From a virus (lineage: Duplodnaviria > Caudoviricetes): a DNA stretch of 64,000 nt. How positions within the stretch are numbered: position 1 is the stretch's first letter; every line of letters starts with the position of its first letter. The notes beneath the pieces were generated by a model that had not been told where the DNA came from, ran no database searches, and saw only the letters and a list, made by a program, of their open reading frames with translations. The translations under genes and the position numbers were made by a program. The stretch lies in the IMG/VR virus record IMGVR_UViG_3300021399_000098; one strand, 5' to 3'. Below, one piece after another: positions 10,564 to 19,840 of the stretch.

Positions 10564-11088
10564 CTATTTTATTTTATTTATATGCCTTTTGTTCTTTTTT
10601 TCTGCTATTTCTATCTTATCCTTTTCAAAATGTAGTCTTTCCTTAAGTTCTTTCATCACTTTGCTAGGTGTGTCTCTGATGTCCTTTTCCCAAATCCTCA
10701 TGACTGGTATTCCATGCATTAACGCCCACCTATCCTTATATTCATCCACCCTCTTGTTGTGCTTTTGCATCGGATTCATTTCGCTTTCCTTCACAAGTCT
10801 AGGGTCTGAATGGTAGTAAGAACCATCTATTTCAATTATAAGGTTGTGCTTCGGAAGATAAAAGTCATAAAAACGTCCAATGTCCTTTGCTTCAAACTGC
10901 CAGATATATTCAACCTTTAGCTTATCTAAGAAATCATTTGCAAAGTCTTGTTCCAATTTTGATGTTCCGAACTTAGGGTGTTTGCGCACAGCCCTTTTGG
11001 CTACCTTTGGGGCTGTACGCTTTTTTGTGGCCTGTTTATTTTGTTTGCTCACTGAGGTGTTGCCCCTTTTTTTAGTTATTTGCTTCAT
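10564..11088 (-). CDS. Vsr/DUF559-like PD-(D/E)xK endonuclease
   Basis: TSKLEQDF...YDFYLP...IIEIDGSYYH...DEYKD...VMRIWE. Confidence 0.8.
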   Translation of the reverse strand: MKQITKKRGNTSVSKQNKQATKKRTAPKVAKRAVRKHPKFGTSKLEQDFANDFLDKLKVEYIWQFEAKDIGRFYDFYLPKHNLIIEIDGSYYHSDPRLVKESEMNPMQKHNKRVDEYKDRWALMHGIPVMRIWEKDIRDTPSKVMKELKERLHFEKDKIEIAEKKNKRHINKIK

Positions 11089-11950
11089 ATGTTACAGCTT
11101 GATATTCAACTAAAATCTGGATTGTTGAAAACTCTGATATGGAGTAATCTATTGGGTCTCTATATATTTCAGTAATGTGACACCCAAAATACTTTTCCGT
11201 ATAAATTGGATTGCCATTAGCCTCAAGATGCTGTATAGTGAACTTAAATAGGCTTGGCACTCCATTCAACAATTCCAACACTGGCATTTTCATTCCATTA
11301 ATATCCTTTACGAAATCATAAATGTTAATAGAAAGTTGCTTACTACTTGGGTCAAATGAAACTGACTTAACCATAACCTCTGGAATTCCAACGTCATCCA
11401 AATGCACTAAAAACCTATTTCCTAATATCCTAGAATCAATCGTCTTGTTGATTTCATCTAAATACTTGTTAGATGTTGAAGCAGAAACCTTTTTAACTTC
11501 TTTGCATATTCTAGATAATTCCTTCCTTTCTTCTTCCTCTACTCTTGCAAAGCAGTCTGAATCATTTTTCCTTTCCTTTTTAGGTAAAACTATTCCACTA
11601 TATAAATCGCCATAGTTCAAAGGATTTTTCTTCTCTTCACCCAAGTCCAATTCAACAGCCTTGGTTTGCTTTACAATGGAATCATAAAATCCGTGTTTGT
11701 CAGGCTTTTTTGGTTCATAATGCGTATAAACCACTTTTTCCTCTTTTGAATTTTTTAGGTCATTTTTAATTGCTTCGATTTCATTCAACGTTTCATTAAT
11801 TTCATTTTTCATGTTTTTAACCAACTCTTCGTTGCCATCCCTTCTAATCATTTCCGTTAAGGTATTGTTAAGCATCTTATATTGGTTTATCCTAGTCCAT
11901 AAAAGACTGTTAAGATACTCACTATTTCTTTCAAATGTACATGTGCTCAT
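11072..11950 (-). CDS. Protein with an N-terminal coiled coil and a C-terminal tail-tube-like domain
   Basis: C-terminal half aligns by eye with the tube protein 15265..15753 (NRFLVHL..VGIPE vs NRWLLRF..LGIQE; IDYS..FSTIQI vs LDYS..LATISL). Confidence 0.55.
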   Translation of the reverse strand: MSTCTFERNSEYLNSLLWTRINQYKMLNNTLTEMIRRDGNEELVKNMKNEINETLNEIEAIKNDLKNSKEEKVVYTHYEPKKPDKHGFYDSIVKQTKAVELDLGEEKKNPLNYGDLYSGIVLPKKERKNDSDCFARVEEEERKELSRICKEVKKVSASTSNKYLDEINKTIDSRILGNRFLVHLDDVGIPEVMVKSVSFDPSSKQLSINIYDFVKDINGMKMPVLELLNGVPSLFKFTIQHLEANGNPIYTEKYFGCHITEIYRDPIDYSISEFSTIQILVEYQAVTYEANN

Positions 11951-11999
11951 AACTTTGTTACATTTTATTGTATTATTTTATTATTGAAATAAATATGCA

Positions 12000-12773
12000 T
12001 TAAAAACTTTTTAACTTTCTGATTTTTCCCAACAAATATCTGTTGTTGGTCGCTTCCGTGAACTCATTGTACTCCCTAAAGTTACAACCATGCATATACT
12101 TCTCAAAATACTTTGAGTTATAATATAACTGCCTATAGAAGAAACATGTCTTTAACTCATCGTCATAAAAAGAAAACACAGATGTTATATAAGGTTGGTC
12201 ATTATTATCTTCAAAATTGCACCACTTTTCTAGAGTATCATATATCTCATCGATTAACTGAAGCACAAACTCATCGTTTTTATAAATTTTAACCGTACAT
12301 TCAATCATACCGCTTCTTTGTTCTAGGTCAATGTCATTAACTCTAGCATATTCTTTAAACTTTTCTGCATATTTAGGATTCAATCCGCGAATTTGTTCCC
12401 ATATTCCATACTCTTCCATAAACCTTGTGGTTGTTGCATGGATGGAAAAGCCAACATCATAATGGTTTTTGTCCAAATAATCAATTACCTCAGAGACGTT
12501 TCCAATACATCTTATTGATGCATCAATACATATCCACCAATCATATTGCTTTGGTAGGTACTTATAGAATGAATTCTTGATGATATTAGTTTTTTGTACT
12601 CCAGTCAAAGTGTTTGTGTCTAACTTTGGAATGTATATACATTCCCAAACATTGCTTTTTAAATTTTTGTCATCTGTCAAACAATAATAATCCAAATTTT
12701 CATCAACAACAGTAGGCTCTCTTAACAAATCGTAGTTGTCGAACATAAAAGTCACTATGGCATATCTTTTCAT
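12000..12773 (-). CDS. Glycosyltransferase-like protein (DUF616/GT-A type)
   Basis: YDLLREP, YYCLTDD, WICIDAS, NDQPY; start refined to MKRYAIV. Confidence 0.6.
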   Translation of the reverse strand: MKRYAIVTFMFDNYDLLREPTVVDENLDYYCLTDDKNLKSNVWECIYIPKLDTNTLTGVQKTNIIKNSFYKYLPKQYDWWICIDASIRCIGNVSEVIDYLDKNHYDVGFSIHATTTRFMEEYGIWEQIRGLNPKYAEKFKEYARVNDIDLEQRSGMIECTVKIYKNDEFVLQLIDEIYDTLEKWCNFEDNNDQPYITSVFSFYDDELKTCFFYRQLYYNSKYFEKYMHGCNFREYNEFTEATNNRYLLGKIRKLKSF

Positions 12774-12876
12774 AAAAGTTTTTATAAAAAATAAAAAAAA
12801 GTTAAAAAAAGAAAACATTTTTGCCCAAATAATTTTTTTTTCATATATTTGCAAAAACTGTAAAATAAAAAGTAAT

Positions 12877-14013
12877 ATGTTCACAAACTACGACAACCTT
12901 TACGCTAGGTTTTGCGAATATTTAAGAACCGAATGCGCACAGCTTAACACATCTGACATGGAAGGTGGTTTCTCATCAGTTGAAACGTTGATTGCGCACC
13001 TATATGGAAGTAACATGCCATGTGTGTATTCGGCTAAATATTCAGAAACGAAAAATCGAATTATTCTTTACGATTCATCCTTGGAAGAGCAAGAAAGCCT
13101 CAAGGACATGAAACTAAAGACTATTTCAGAGTACACAGCAAAAGAATTTTCATTCGTTGATAGCTGTAGAAAAATGCAACACTGCGTGTTCTTTGATATG
13201 AACGCATACGTACTAACAGACTACGGTATCATAAGCATGTTCAGTGGAACTAGAAGCGGTTTCGTTAAAAAAATATCAAGTTTCAAACTTTGGATTAACA
13301 ATGAAGCGCATAAGCAAGAAATAGAAGACTTTCTTAATGACAACTTGGTTGAAATTCCTGCAACAAACAAGCAAAGAAACGTAACCGTTTGTACACAAGG
13401 CAGTTATGGGATTAGAAAGACTGAAATTGAAGTTAAACCTTTTGATTGCGACATCAAGAGCAATTACAACGATGACCTCCCATATGAAAAATTGAACGAG
13501 TTGATTAATTCTGAGGAGCAAGAGCTGATACTGCTGCACGGTGAACCAGGAACAGGAAAGACTTCAATCATCAAAAAACTGATTAATGACAATATAGGTG
13601 TTGAATTCATTTATTTTGACTTCAACATGCTAACGTCATTCAGTGACTCCAAGATATTCGACTTCTTGATGGAGCATAAAAATCATGTGTTCATCATTGA
13701 AGACTGTGAAAAACTATTTACGGACAGAAATAATGGCAACAAGTACCTTAACACAATGCTGAACCTTACTGACGGCATTATAGGTGAAGCATTTGCCATC
13801 AAATTCGTCTGCACATTCAACTGCCCACCAAGTAAGATAGACAAAGCTGTAATGCGTGAGGGAAGACTTTCGCTTATCTACGAGTTCAAAAAACTGTCAT
13901 TGGAAAAAACACAAGCACTTATGCCAACGGCAACTGAACCGATGACACTAGCACAGATATACCATACTGAGGACAATGGCAATAAGAAAAAAGACAAAAA
14001 AATAGGATTCTAA
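12877..14013 (+). CDS. AAA+ ATPase
   Basis: Walker A HGEPGTGKT, Walker B FIIEDCE, LNLTDG, IDKAVMREGRL; start refined, downstream of TATATTTG at 12844. Confidence 0.9.
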   Translation: MFTNYDNLYARFCEYLRTECAQLNTSDMEGGFSSVETLIAHLYGSNMPCVYSAKYSETKNRIILYDSSLEEQESLKDMKLKTISEYTAKEFSFVDSCRKMQHCVFFDMNAYVLTDYGIISMFSGTRSGFVKKISSFKLWINNEAHKQEIEDFLNDNLVEIPATNKQRNVTVCTQGSYGIRKTEIEVKPFDCDIKSNYNDDLPYEKLNELINSEEQELILLHGEPGTGKTSIIKKLINDNIGVEFIYFDFNMLTSFSDSKIFDFLMEHKNHVFIIEDCEKLFTDRNNGNKYLNTMLNLTDGIIGEAFAIKFVCTFNCPPSKIDKAVMREGRLSLIYEFKKLSLEKTQALMPTATEPMTLAQIYHTEDNGNKKKDKKIGF

Positions 14014-14023
14014 AAACGGAATC

Positions 14024-15118
14024 CTATTTTTTATTTATTTGCTCCTCCAATAACGTTTTAGCGCCATTAGAATCTTTATCATAATCTGACTCCCATATCT
14101 CTATAAGATTAATTCCATTTTCACTGCAATATTCCCTCAACTCATTGTCCTTAGTAACTTTTTTCTTTTGGAATTCACTAAGTTCGTCATTAGAATATTT
14201 ATTAGGGTTTCCATGCCAATAGTCACCTTGAAACTCAATAATCATATTTTTACTAGGAATATATACATCACAATAATGGTGAATGTCTTTCAAATAATAC
14301 TGGGTATCGTAATCTATTCCTAATGGTTTAATACAATATTCTATAAATTCTTTTTCTTTTTTAGATGATAAAGAAAACTCAGTTTCAGTTAACATTTTAC
14401 GCATTTTCTCCCTATTTCTTAAAATAGAATTTTCGCTTCTGCCATTTTGTCTACATTTTTCAGCATGTTCTTTAGATTTTGGTACACCTTTAAGTTTAGC
14501 TGCTATTTTACTATTTCTACTTTCATCAGAATAATTTTTCATTAACTCTTTTATCTTGTTTTCTGTAAATGTTTCTTTCCAAGATTTTCCTTTATTCCAT
14601 TGTATTCTTTCTCCATTTTTATATTGCCCCCTTCTAGTTTCGGCAGAATGTAGTTTTGCTTGTTCATTATGACCCCAATTATTATGAACCCTAGAATGAT
14701 GACCACGCATATAATCTGCAAAATGGACACCACCATCATATCTTATTTCAGTATATTCACCGCACCCACATTTACATTTTGGTCTAATGCCGCCATATTT
14801 GTAATCAGTTAGCAATTGTTCTTGAGTAATATAATCACCATGCTCTTTGTGCCTAAATATGTGTTTGCATAACCCATTATAGGTTTCAAACCTTTTATCA
14901 CAATATGGGCATTTATATTCCCCATCATTTTTCTGTTGATTGGTGAATTCACCAGAATATTTAAATGTAAAACCATTAACTTGTTTTATCTTACCTAGAC
15001 AACATTTAGATATATTACTTTTAGTAGATTCCACTGCATTTGCTGCTTCAGTTGCAGAATTATATACTGCAACCTCTTTTCCATCTTTAAATTGTATAAT
15101 TTGTTTTTTTAACCCCAT
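14024..15118 (-). CDS. Putative free-standing homing endonuclease (NUMOD1-like N-terminus, zinc finger, C-terminal Vsr-like nuclease)
   Basis: YNSATEAA..NISKCC, CPYC..H..H, CKCGCG, DVYIP..IIEFQGDYWHG..IWESD; immediately downstream of the tube gene. Confidence 0.7.
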   Translation of the reverse strand: MGLKKQIIQFKDGKEVAVYNSATEAANAVESTKSNISKCCLGKIKQVNGFTFKYSGEFTNQQKNDGEYKCPYCDKRFETYNGLCKHIFRHKEHGDYITQEQLLTDYKYGGIRPKCKCGCGEYTEIRYDGGVHFADYMRGHHSRVHNNWGHNEQAKLHSAETRRGQYKNGERIQWNKGKSWKETFTENKIKELMKNYSDESRNSKIAAKLKGVPKSKEHAEKCRQNGRSENSILRNREKMRKMLTETEFSLSSKKEKEFIEYCIKPLGIDYDTQYYLKDIHHYCDVYIPSKNMIIEFQGDYWHGNPNKYSNDELSEFQKKKVTKDNELREYCSENGINLIEIWESDYDKDSNGAKTLLEEQINKK

Positions 15119-15264
15119 AAAAAAGATATTTACTTACATATTATTTTGCAAATATATAAATAAATATCTTAATTCGCAAGAAATTGCCACAATTTCTTTG
15201 ACTTTTTTATTTGATAGCCCCCACAAATCACTTCAATAAAATATTGTAACTCGCTGATAATCAA

Positions 15265-15753
15265 TTAGTAACACAAAATTGCGTAGTCAAATCTCAAGGT
15301 AAGTGATATAGTGGCCAAATCATCTTGGCTGTAATCCAAATCACCAAAATCTGCTGCGGTACACATGGTGTTCTTTAAAATCCATTTAGAAACAACAACA
15401 CCAGTTGGGTCTAGCATTTCAAGCTCAACATCACGCTTATAACCTGCTGCATAACCTTGTCTACCACTGACTGACTCAGAGTGAAGACGTACCCACTCCA
15501 TAACAGCTTGTGAAGCAGATGGGCCGATTGGGTCTCTCAAGGTAACTTGAATCTCATCCCAAGTGTAACGACCTACAACGTATGTCTCTGTATTTAGGAA
15601 CGGAATAGCCTTACCTTCTTGCTTGATTGATGGACGCTTTGCGCTCTGACACCACCACTCTTGGATACCTAGGTCAGCTGGAAATCTCAACAACCATCTG
15701 TTTTTCCTGAGCGGCTCATAATTGAGCGGCATTTTCAAAAGTAAATCACTCAT
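15265..15753 (-). CDS. Tail tube protein (T4 gp19-like)
   Basis: 162 aa; EPLRKNRW, WDEIQVTLRDPIGPSASQAVMEW, EMLDPTGVVVSKW, FGDLDYS. Confidence 0.9.
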   Translation of the reverse strand: MSDLLLKMPLNYEPLRKNRWLLRFPADLGIQEWWCQSAKRPSIKQEGKAIPFLNTETYVVGRYTWDEIQVTLRDPIGPSASQAVMEWVRLHSESVSGRQGYAAGYKRDVELEMLDPTGVVVSKWILKNTMCTAADFGDLDYSQDDLATISLTLRFDYAILCY

Positions 15754-15905
15754 AATTCTTATTCTTTTTTTAATCTAGATTATTATTATTCTCTTTTTAT
15801 TTTAATATAAATATACAAATATTAATTTTTTACTGCTAAAATTTTGAATTTTAATATATTTTTTATATTTTTGCAAAGTATTTATAATAGCAAAAGAAAC
15901 ATAAT

Positions 15906-17564
15906 ATGGTAGATAAAAAAGCAAAATTCATTGAAAAGTCTAAAAATAGGCATGGTGATAAATACGACTATTCTAAAGTGGAATATATTGATAGTTTAAC
16001 AAAAGTATGTATCATATGCCCCATTCATGGCGAATTTTGGCAAACTCCACAAGGTCATGTAAGGGGTCAAGGTTGCCCAAAATGTGCAAACATCAAAAGA
16101 GGTGATACATTTAGGTCTGATGGTGATACATTCATTAAACGTGCAACTGTTTTGCATGATGGTAAATATATATACGATAAAGACTCTTACATTAATGCAA
16201 TGACAAAAGTTCCAATACTTTGCTTAAAGCACGGAACATTCTGGATGACTCCAATGAATCATCTACTAGGTCAAGGTTGTCCTAAATGCAGTGGTAGGGG
16301 GTTAAACACTGAAGAGGTTATAGAACTGTTTAAGGAGAAACATGGCGATAGCTATGATTATTCCAAAGTTGTATTTACTAAAATGCATGAAAAGGTTTGT
16401 ATAATATGCAAAGAACATGGTGAATTCTGGCAAACCCCTAGCAAGCATCTTTTAGGTCAAGGATGCCCAAAATGCAGTGGTATTAAAAAAGCAAAAGAAA
16501 GGACATTAACAACAAATGATTTTATTGAAAAATCTTCGAAAATTCACAACAATAAATACGTTTATGACAAAACAAAATATAAAGGTACATATGAATCGCT
16601 TACAATAACTTGCCCCATTCACGGAGATTTTACGCAAAGGGCGAATGACCACCTCAATGGTCACGGATGCCCAATATGCGGCAACAATATGTCGCTTGCT
16701 GAGAAAGAAATTGAAGATTATGTTAAATCTTTTGGTGTTAAAACTGAAACTAAAATTAGAGGCATACTAAGCAATAATAAAGAAATTGATATATTAATAC
16801 CAGAATTAAACATAGGAATTGAATATAATGGCTTAAAATGGCACTCTGATGAATTTAAAGATAAAAATTATCATCTAAATAAAACAGAAGAATGTAAAAA
16901 ATTAGGAATACGACTTGTTCATATCTTTGAAGATGAATGGATGAATAAAAAAGAAATTGTTAAAAGCATTATACGCAATATAATCGGTAAAACTGAAAAT
17001 AAAATATATGCTAGAAAATGTATCATTCAAAATGTTAATGACAATGAGAAAAAAGAATTTTTAGAAAAAAATCATATACAAGGAAATATTAATTCACAAA
17101 TAAATTTAGGACTATATCACGATGGTGAACTAGTATCACTAATGTGCATCGGTAAACCTAGAATCAATTTAGGCAGAAAAACATCATTAGAAAATGAATA
17201 TGAACTCTTACGTTTTTGTAATAAACTTAATACAAATATTGTTGGCGGTGCAAGTAAACTATTTAAATATTTTATAACAAACTATAGTCCAACGCTAATA
17301 ACATCCTACTGCGATTATAGATGGAGCATTGGTAATATGTATGAAGCATTGGGATTTACTTTATCCCATCTTTCACAGCCAAACTACTATTACATAATTG
17401 GCAATAATAGAAAAAATAGATTTAAATATAGAAAATCAGAATTAATTAAAGAAGGTTTTGACCCAGAAAAATCAGAAAAAGAAATAATGGAAGAAAGAGG
17501 AATACACCGAATATACGATTGTGGGTCATTGGTATATATATGGAAAAATGAGGATAGAAACTAA
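15906..17564 (+). CDS. Putative homing endonuclease (four Cys/His zinc repeats plus a Hef-like PD-(D/E)xK nuclease)
   Basis: 4x YDYSK..C..HG.F....H..G.GCP.C; EIDILIP..IGIEYNGLKWHS; HIFEDEW; YELLRFC; RIYDCG. Confidence 0.8.
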   Translation: MVDKKAKFIEKSKNRHGDKYDYSKVEYIDSLTKVCIICPIHGEFWQTPQGHVRGQGCPKCANIKRGDTFRSDGDTFIKRATVLHDGKYIYDKDSYINAMTKVPILCLKHGTFWMTPMNHLLGQGCPKCSGRGLNTEEVIELFKEKHGDSYDYSKVVFTKMHEKVCIICKEHGEFWQTPSKHLLGQGCPKCSGIKKAKERTLTTNDFIEKSSKIHNNKYVYDKTKYKGTYESLTITCPIHGDFTQRANDHLNGHGCPICGNNMSLAEKEIEDYVKSFGVKTETKIRGILSNNKEIDILIPELNIGIEYNGLKWHSDEFKDKNYHLNKTEECKKLGIRLVHIFEDEWMNKKEIVKSIIRNIIGKTENKIYARKCIIQNVNDNEKKEFLEKNHIQGNINSQINLGLYHDGELVSLMCIGKPRINLGRKTSLENEYELLRFCNKLNTNIVGGASKLFKYFITNYSPTLITSYCDYRWSIGNMYEALGFTLSHLSQPNYYYIIGNNRKNRFKYRKSELIKEGFDPEKSEKEIMEERGIHRIYDCGSLVYIWKNEDRN

Positions 17565-17610
17565 TCTATTCTCATTTATTATTTCAAATTATTTTTTATA
17601 TATTTGCAAT

Positions 17611-17985
17611 ATGGAACTAAAAATACTTTTTTTAATGATATTACTGCATATCATAGATGATTTCCACTTACAAGGAATATTGGGTAATATGAAGCAGAAA
17701 AATTGGTGGCTAAAGCAAAAAGGATATAAAGATATGTACAAGTATGACTACATGACTGCATTGACGATTCATTCTCTGTCTTGGTCAATAATTATCTCTA
17801 TTCCGCTTTGGTTTTTTAACATTACCCCAAGCATACTAGGTATAATAATATGCTGCAATATGTTTATTCATATGTATGTTGATGACTTGAAATGTAATCA
17901 ACTAAAAATAAGTCTTACAACTGACCAAACAATACATATAATCCAAATTTGGATAACATGGTATATTGTGTATTTTTTAATATAA
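17611..17985 (+). CDS. DUF3307-like membrane protein
   Basis: LLHIIDDFHLQG, H..VDDLK, DQTIH; hydrophobic; start refined. Confidence 0.65.
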   Translation: MELKILFLMILLHIIDDFHLQGILGNMKQKNWWLKQKGYKDMYKYDYMTALTIHSLSWSIIISIPLWFFNITPSILGIIICCNMFIHMYVDDLKCNQLKISLTTDQTIHIIQIWITWYIVYFLI

Positions 17986-17986
17986 A

Positions 17987-18012
17987 AAGGTACTGATTAA
18001 CGTCAGTACCTT
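17987..18012. terminator. Bidirectional intrinsic terminator
   Basis: aaggtactga-ttaacg-tcagtacctt flanked by A/T runs. Confidence 0.7.
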
Positions 18013-18070
18013 ATTTTTTATTTCCTGTGTCAGTTAATACCTTATCACTTTCCAAAAATACTTTCTTGAA
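18011..18070 (-). pseudogene. Stranded, synonymously diverged copy of the last 19 codons plus stop of gene 18772..19164
   Basis: Translates to FKKVFLESDKVLTDTGNKK*, identical to that gene's C-terminus; no in-frame ATG before an upstream stop. Confidence 0.9.
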
Positions 18071-18222
18071 AAGAAATGCACGAATCTGCAAGACTAATAG
18101 AAATCTTGCATATTTTTTGTATCTTTTTTTTACTATACAATTCCATAACAGAGTATATTACGTCTTGGTATACACATCATAATACAGCATAAAAAAAGAG
18201 CAACCACTGCTGATTACCCTTT

Positions 18223-18654
18223 TTATGCACGATATACATGTATGTTTTGAAGGTGGAATTTTGAAAGTCTTGGGTAATTTTCTTTTGACCATATTACCAC
18301 AACAAAATCATTATTTCTAAACGAATGTGAATCGTCTTTTTCGTCAAATCCCAAATAATTCATTCCATATTTTTGTTCTAGTAATTCTTTAATAAAATTA
18401 AAGTCAAGAACAGCTCCTTTGTCATATATATTATAAAACCCATATTTATCTTTTAAATCTTTTACAATACTAGATTCCAAATCATCTTCATCTTCTGCCA
18501 TACATGCAGCATTTAACTCATCGTCATCTAAAATTCCTGTAATGTTTCTAATTTGCTTATTTGTTAAATCTATTTCGCTCAATATTCTATTTACCGACTC
18601 TTTTACAATTCTATGAAGGTCTCCTTCTGTTAATCTTATGAGTTTCTTATTCAT
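18223..18654 (-). CDS. Hypothetical protein with N-terminal IRLTEGDLHRIVKESV tag
   Basis: Start refined to MNKKLIRLTEGDL; motif shared with the genes at 27088, 57222 and 63144. Confidence 0.75.
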   Translation of the reverse strand: MNKKLIRLTEGDLHRIVKESVNRILSEIDLTNKQIRNITGILDDDELNAACMAEDEDDLESSIVKDLKDKYGFYNIYDKGAVLDFNFIKELLEQKYGMNYLGFDEKDDSHSFRNNDFVVVIWSKENYPRLSKFHLQNIHVYRA

Positions 18655-18771
18655 ATTATATATACATATTTGATTCATTATTTTTAAATAATATATAAGC
18701 AAATGCAGAAAAATGCAGTAATTTATGACTGCATTTGCATAGTGTTTACTACCAATAAGTATATAAGTTCA

Positions 18772-19164
18772 CTATTTTTTATTTCCTGTATCAGTAAGAA
18801 CTTTGTCTGATTCTAGAAACACTTTTTTGAAAAATTCGTACAAGCTTGATGTAGGGTGGTCTGCATATTTCTTTAAACCTTCAATTGCTGTTTCCCTGAT
18901 TTTACCGATAATTGGCTCATGTTGGATGACCTCTTGAGCGTGCATTGCAATCTCTTCCTCAGAGTCACCTTGACCCATCATTTGCTGTTGCTGTGGCTGA
19001 ACCATACTTGGGTCTGGTTGCTGCTCTTCTCCCATTTCTGGAGACATTTCCATACCCATTCCATCATCCATTGCGCCCTCGTCACCATTGAATATATAAT
19101 CCTCTGAGAGTTGTTTCTTCAAAGTTTTCAACTCTTCTAAAACATTCTTAAAATTCTTTTTCAT
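18772..19164 (-). CDS. Hypothetical protein (Met/Gln/acid-rich) between sheath and tube
   Basis: 130-aa ORF; TATTTATA motif at 19187-19194. Confidence 0.8.
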   Translation of the reverse strand: MKKNFKNVLEELKTLKKQLSEDYIFNGDEGAMDDGMGMEMSPEMGEEQQPDPSMVQPQQQQMMGQGDSEEEIAMHAQEVIQHEPIIGKIRETAIEGLKKYADHPTSSLYEFFKKVFLESDKVLTDTGNKK

Positions 19165-19264
19165 AATTAATAAACGTTTATTTCTATATAAATATTAATT
19201 AACGTTAAAAATATTGCTATATATTTGGCCAATTCAATTTTTTTTAATATCTTTGCAAAAAAAT

Positions 19265-19810
19265 ATGGATAAAAAGGAACTATTAATATCAAAAGGTAAA
19301 CACCTTGCTTTCCTTTTAAGACATGATAAGGAAGCATTAGATAATGGTATAATTGACCATAATGGTTGGAGAAATGTTTCAGAACTAATCAAAAATCAAG
19401 GATATACAAATGAAATTCTTGAAGAAATAGTCGAAACAAATAACAAGAAACGTTATGAGTTCAATGAAGCCCATACCAAGATACGTGCAAGACAAGGGCA
19501 TTCAATTAATGTAGATGTTGGATTAACTGAAACAATACCGCCTAATATATTATATCACGGAACGTCAACAAAGGCATTAGAATCGATTTACAAGCGAGGA
19601 ATCCTAAAAGGTGAAAGATTATACGTTCACTTGTCAAAAGACGAAGAAACAGCCTTAAAAGTGGGTTCTAGACACGGTACGCCATATGTACTACTAATTG
19701 ATTCTGAACAGATGTATGAGGATGGCATAAAATTCTACTTATCCAACAATGGGGTTTGGCTAACTGATTACGTTGATGCTAAATACATAAAAAAAGAGGA
19801 AGATTATTAG
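19265..19810 (+). CDS. kptA: RNA 2'-phosphotransferase (Tpt1/KptA family)
   Basis: LLRH, NNKKRY, IRARQGHS, LYHGT, VHLS, NGVWLT; TATCTTTG promoter at 19248. Confidence 0.92.
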   Translation: MDKKELLISKGKHLAFLLRHDKEALDNGIIDHNGWRNVSELIKNQGYTNEILEEIVETNNKKRYEFNEAHTKIRARQGHSINVDVGLTETIPPNILYHGTSTKALESIYKRGILKGERLYVHLSKDEETALKVGSRHGTPYVLLIDSEQMYEDGIKFYLSNNGVWLTDYVDAKYIKKEEDY

Positions 19811-19840
19811 TCTCCCTCTTTTTTATTTAGTATATTTCAA

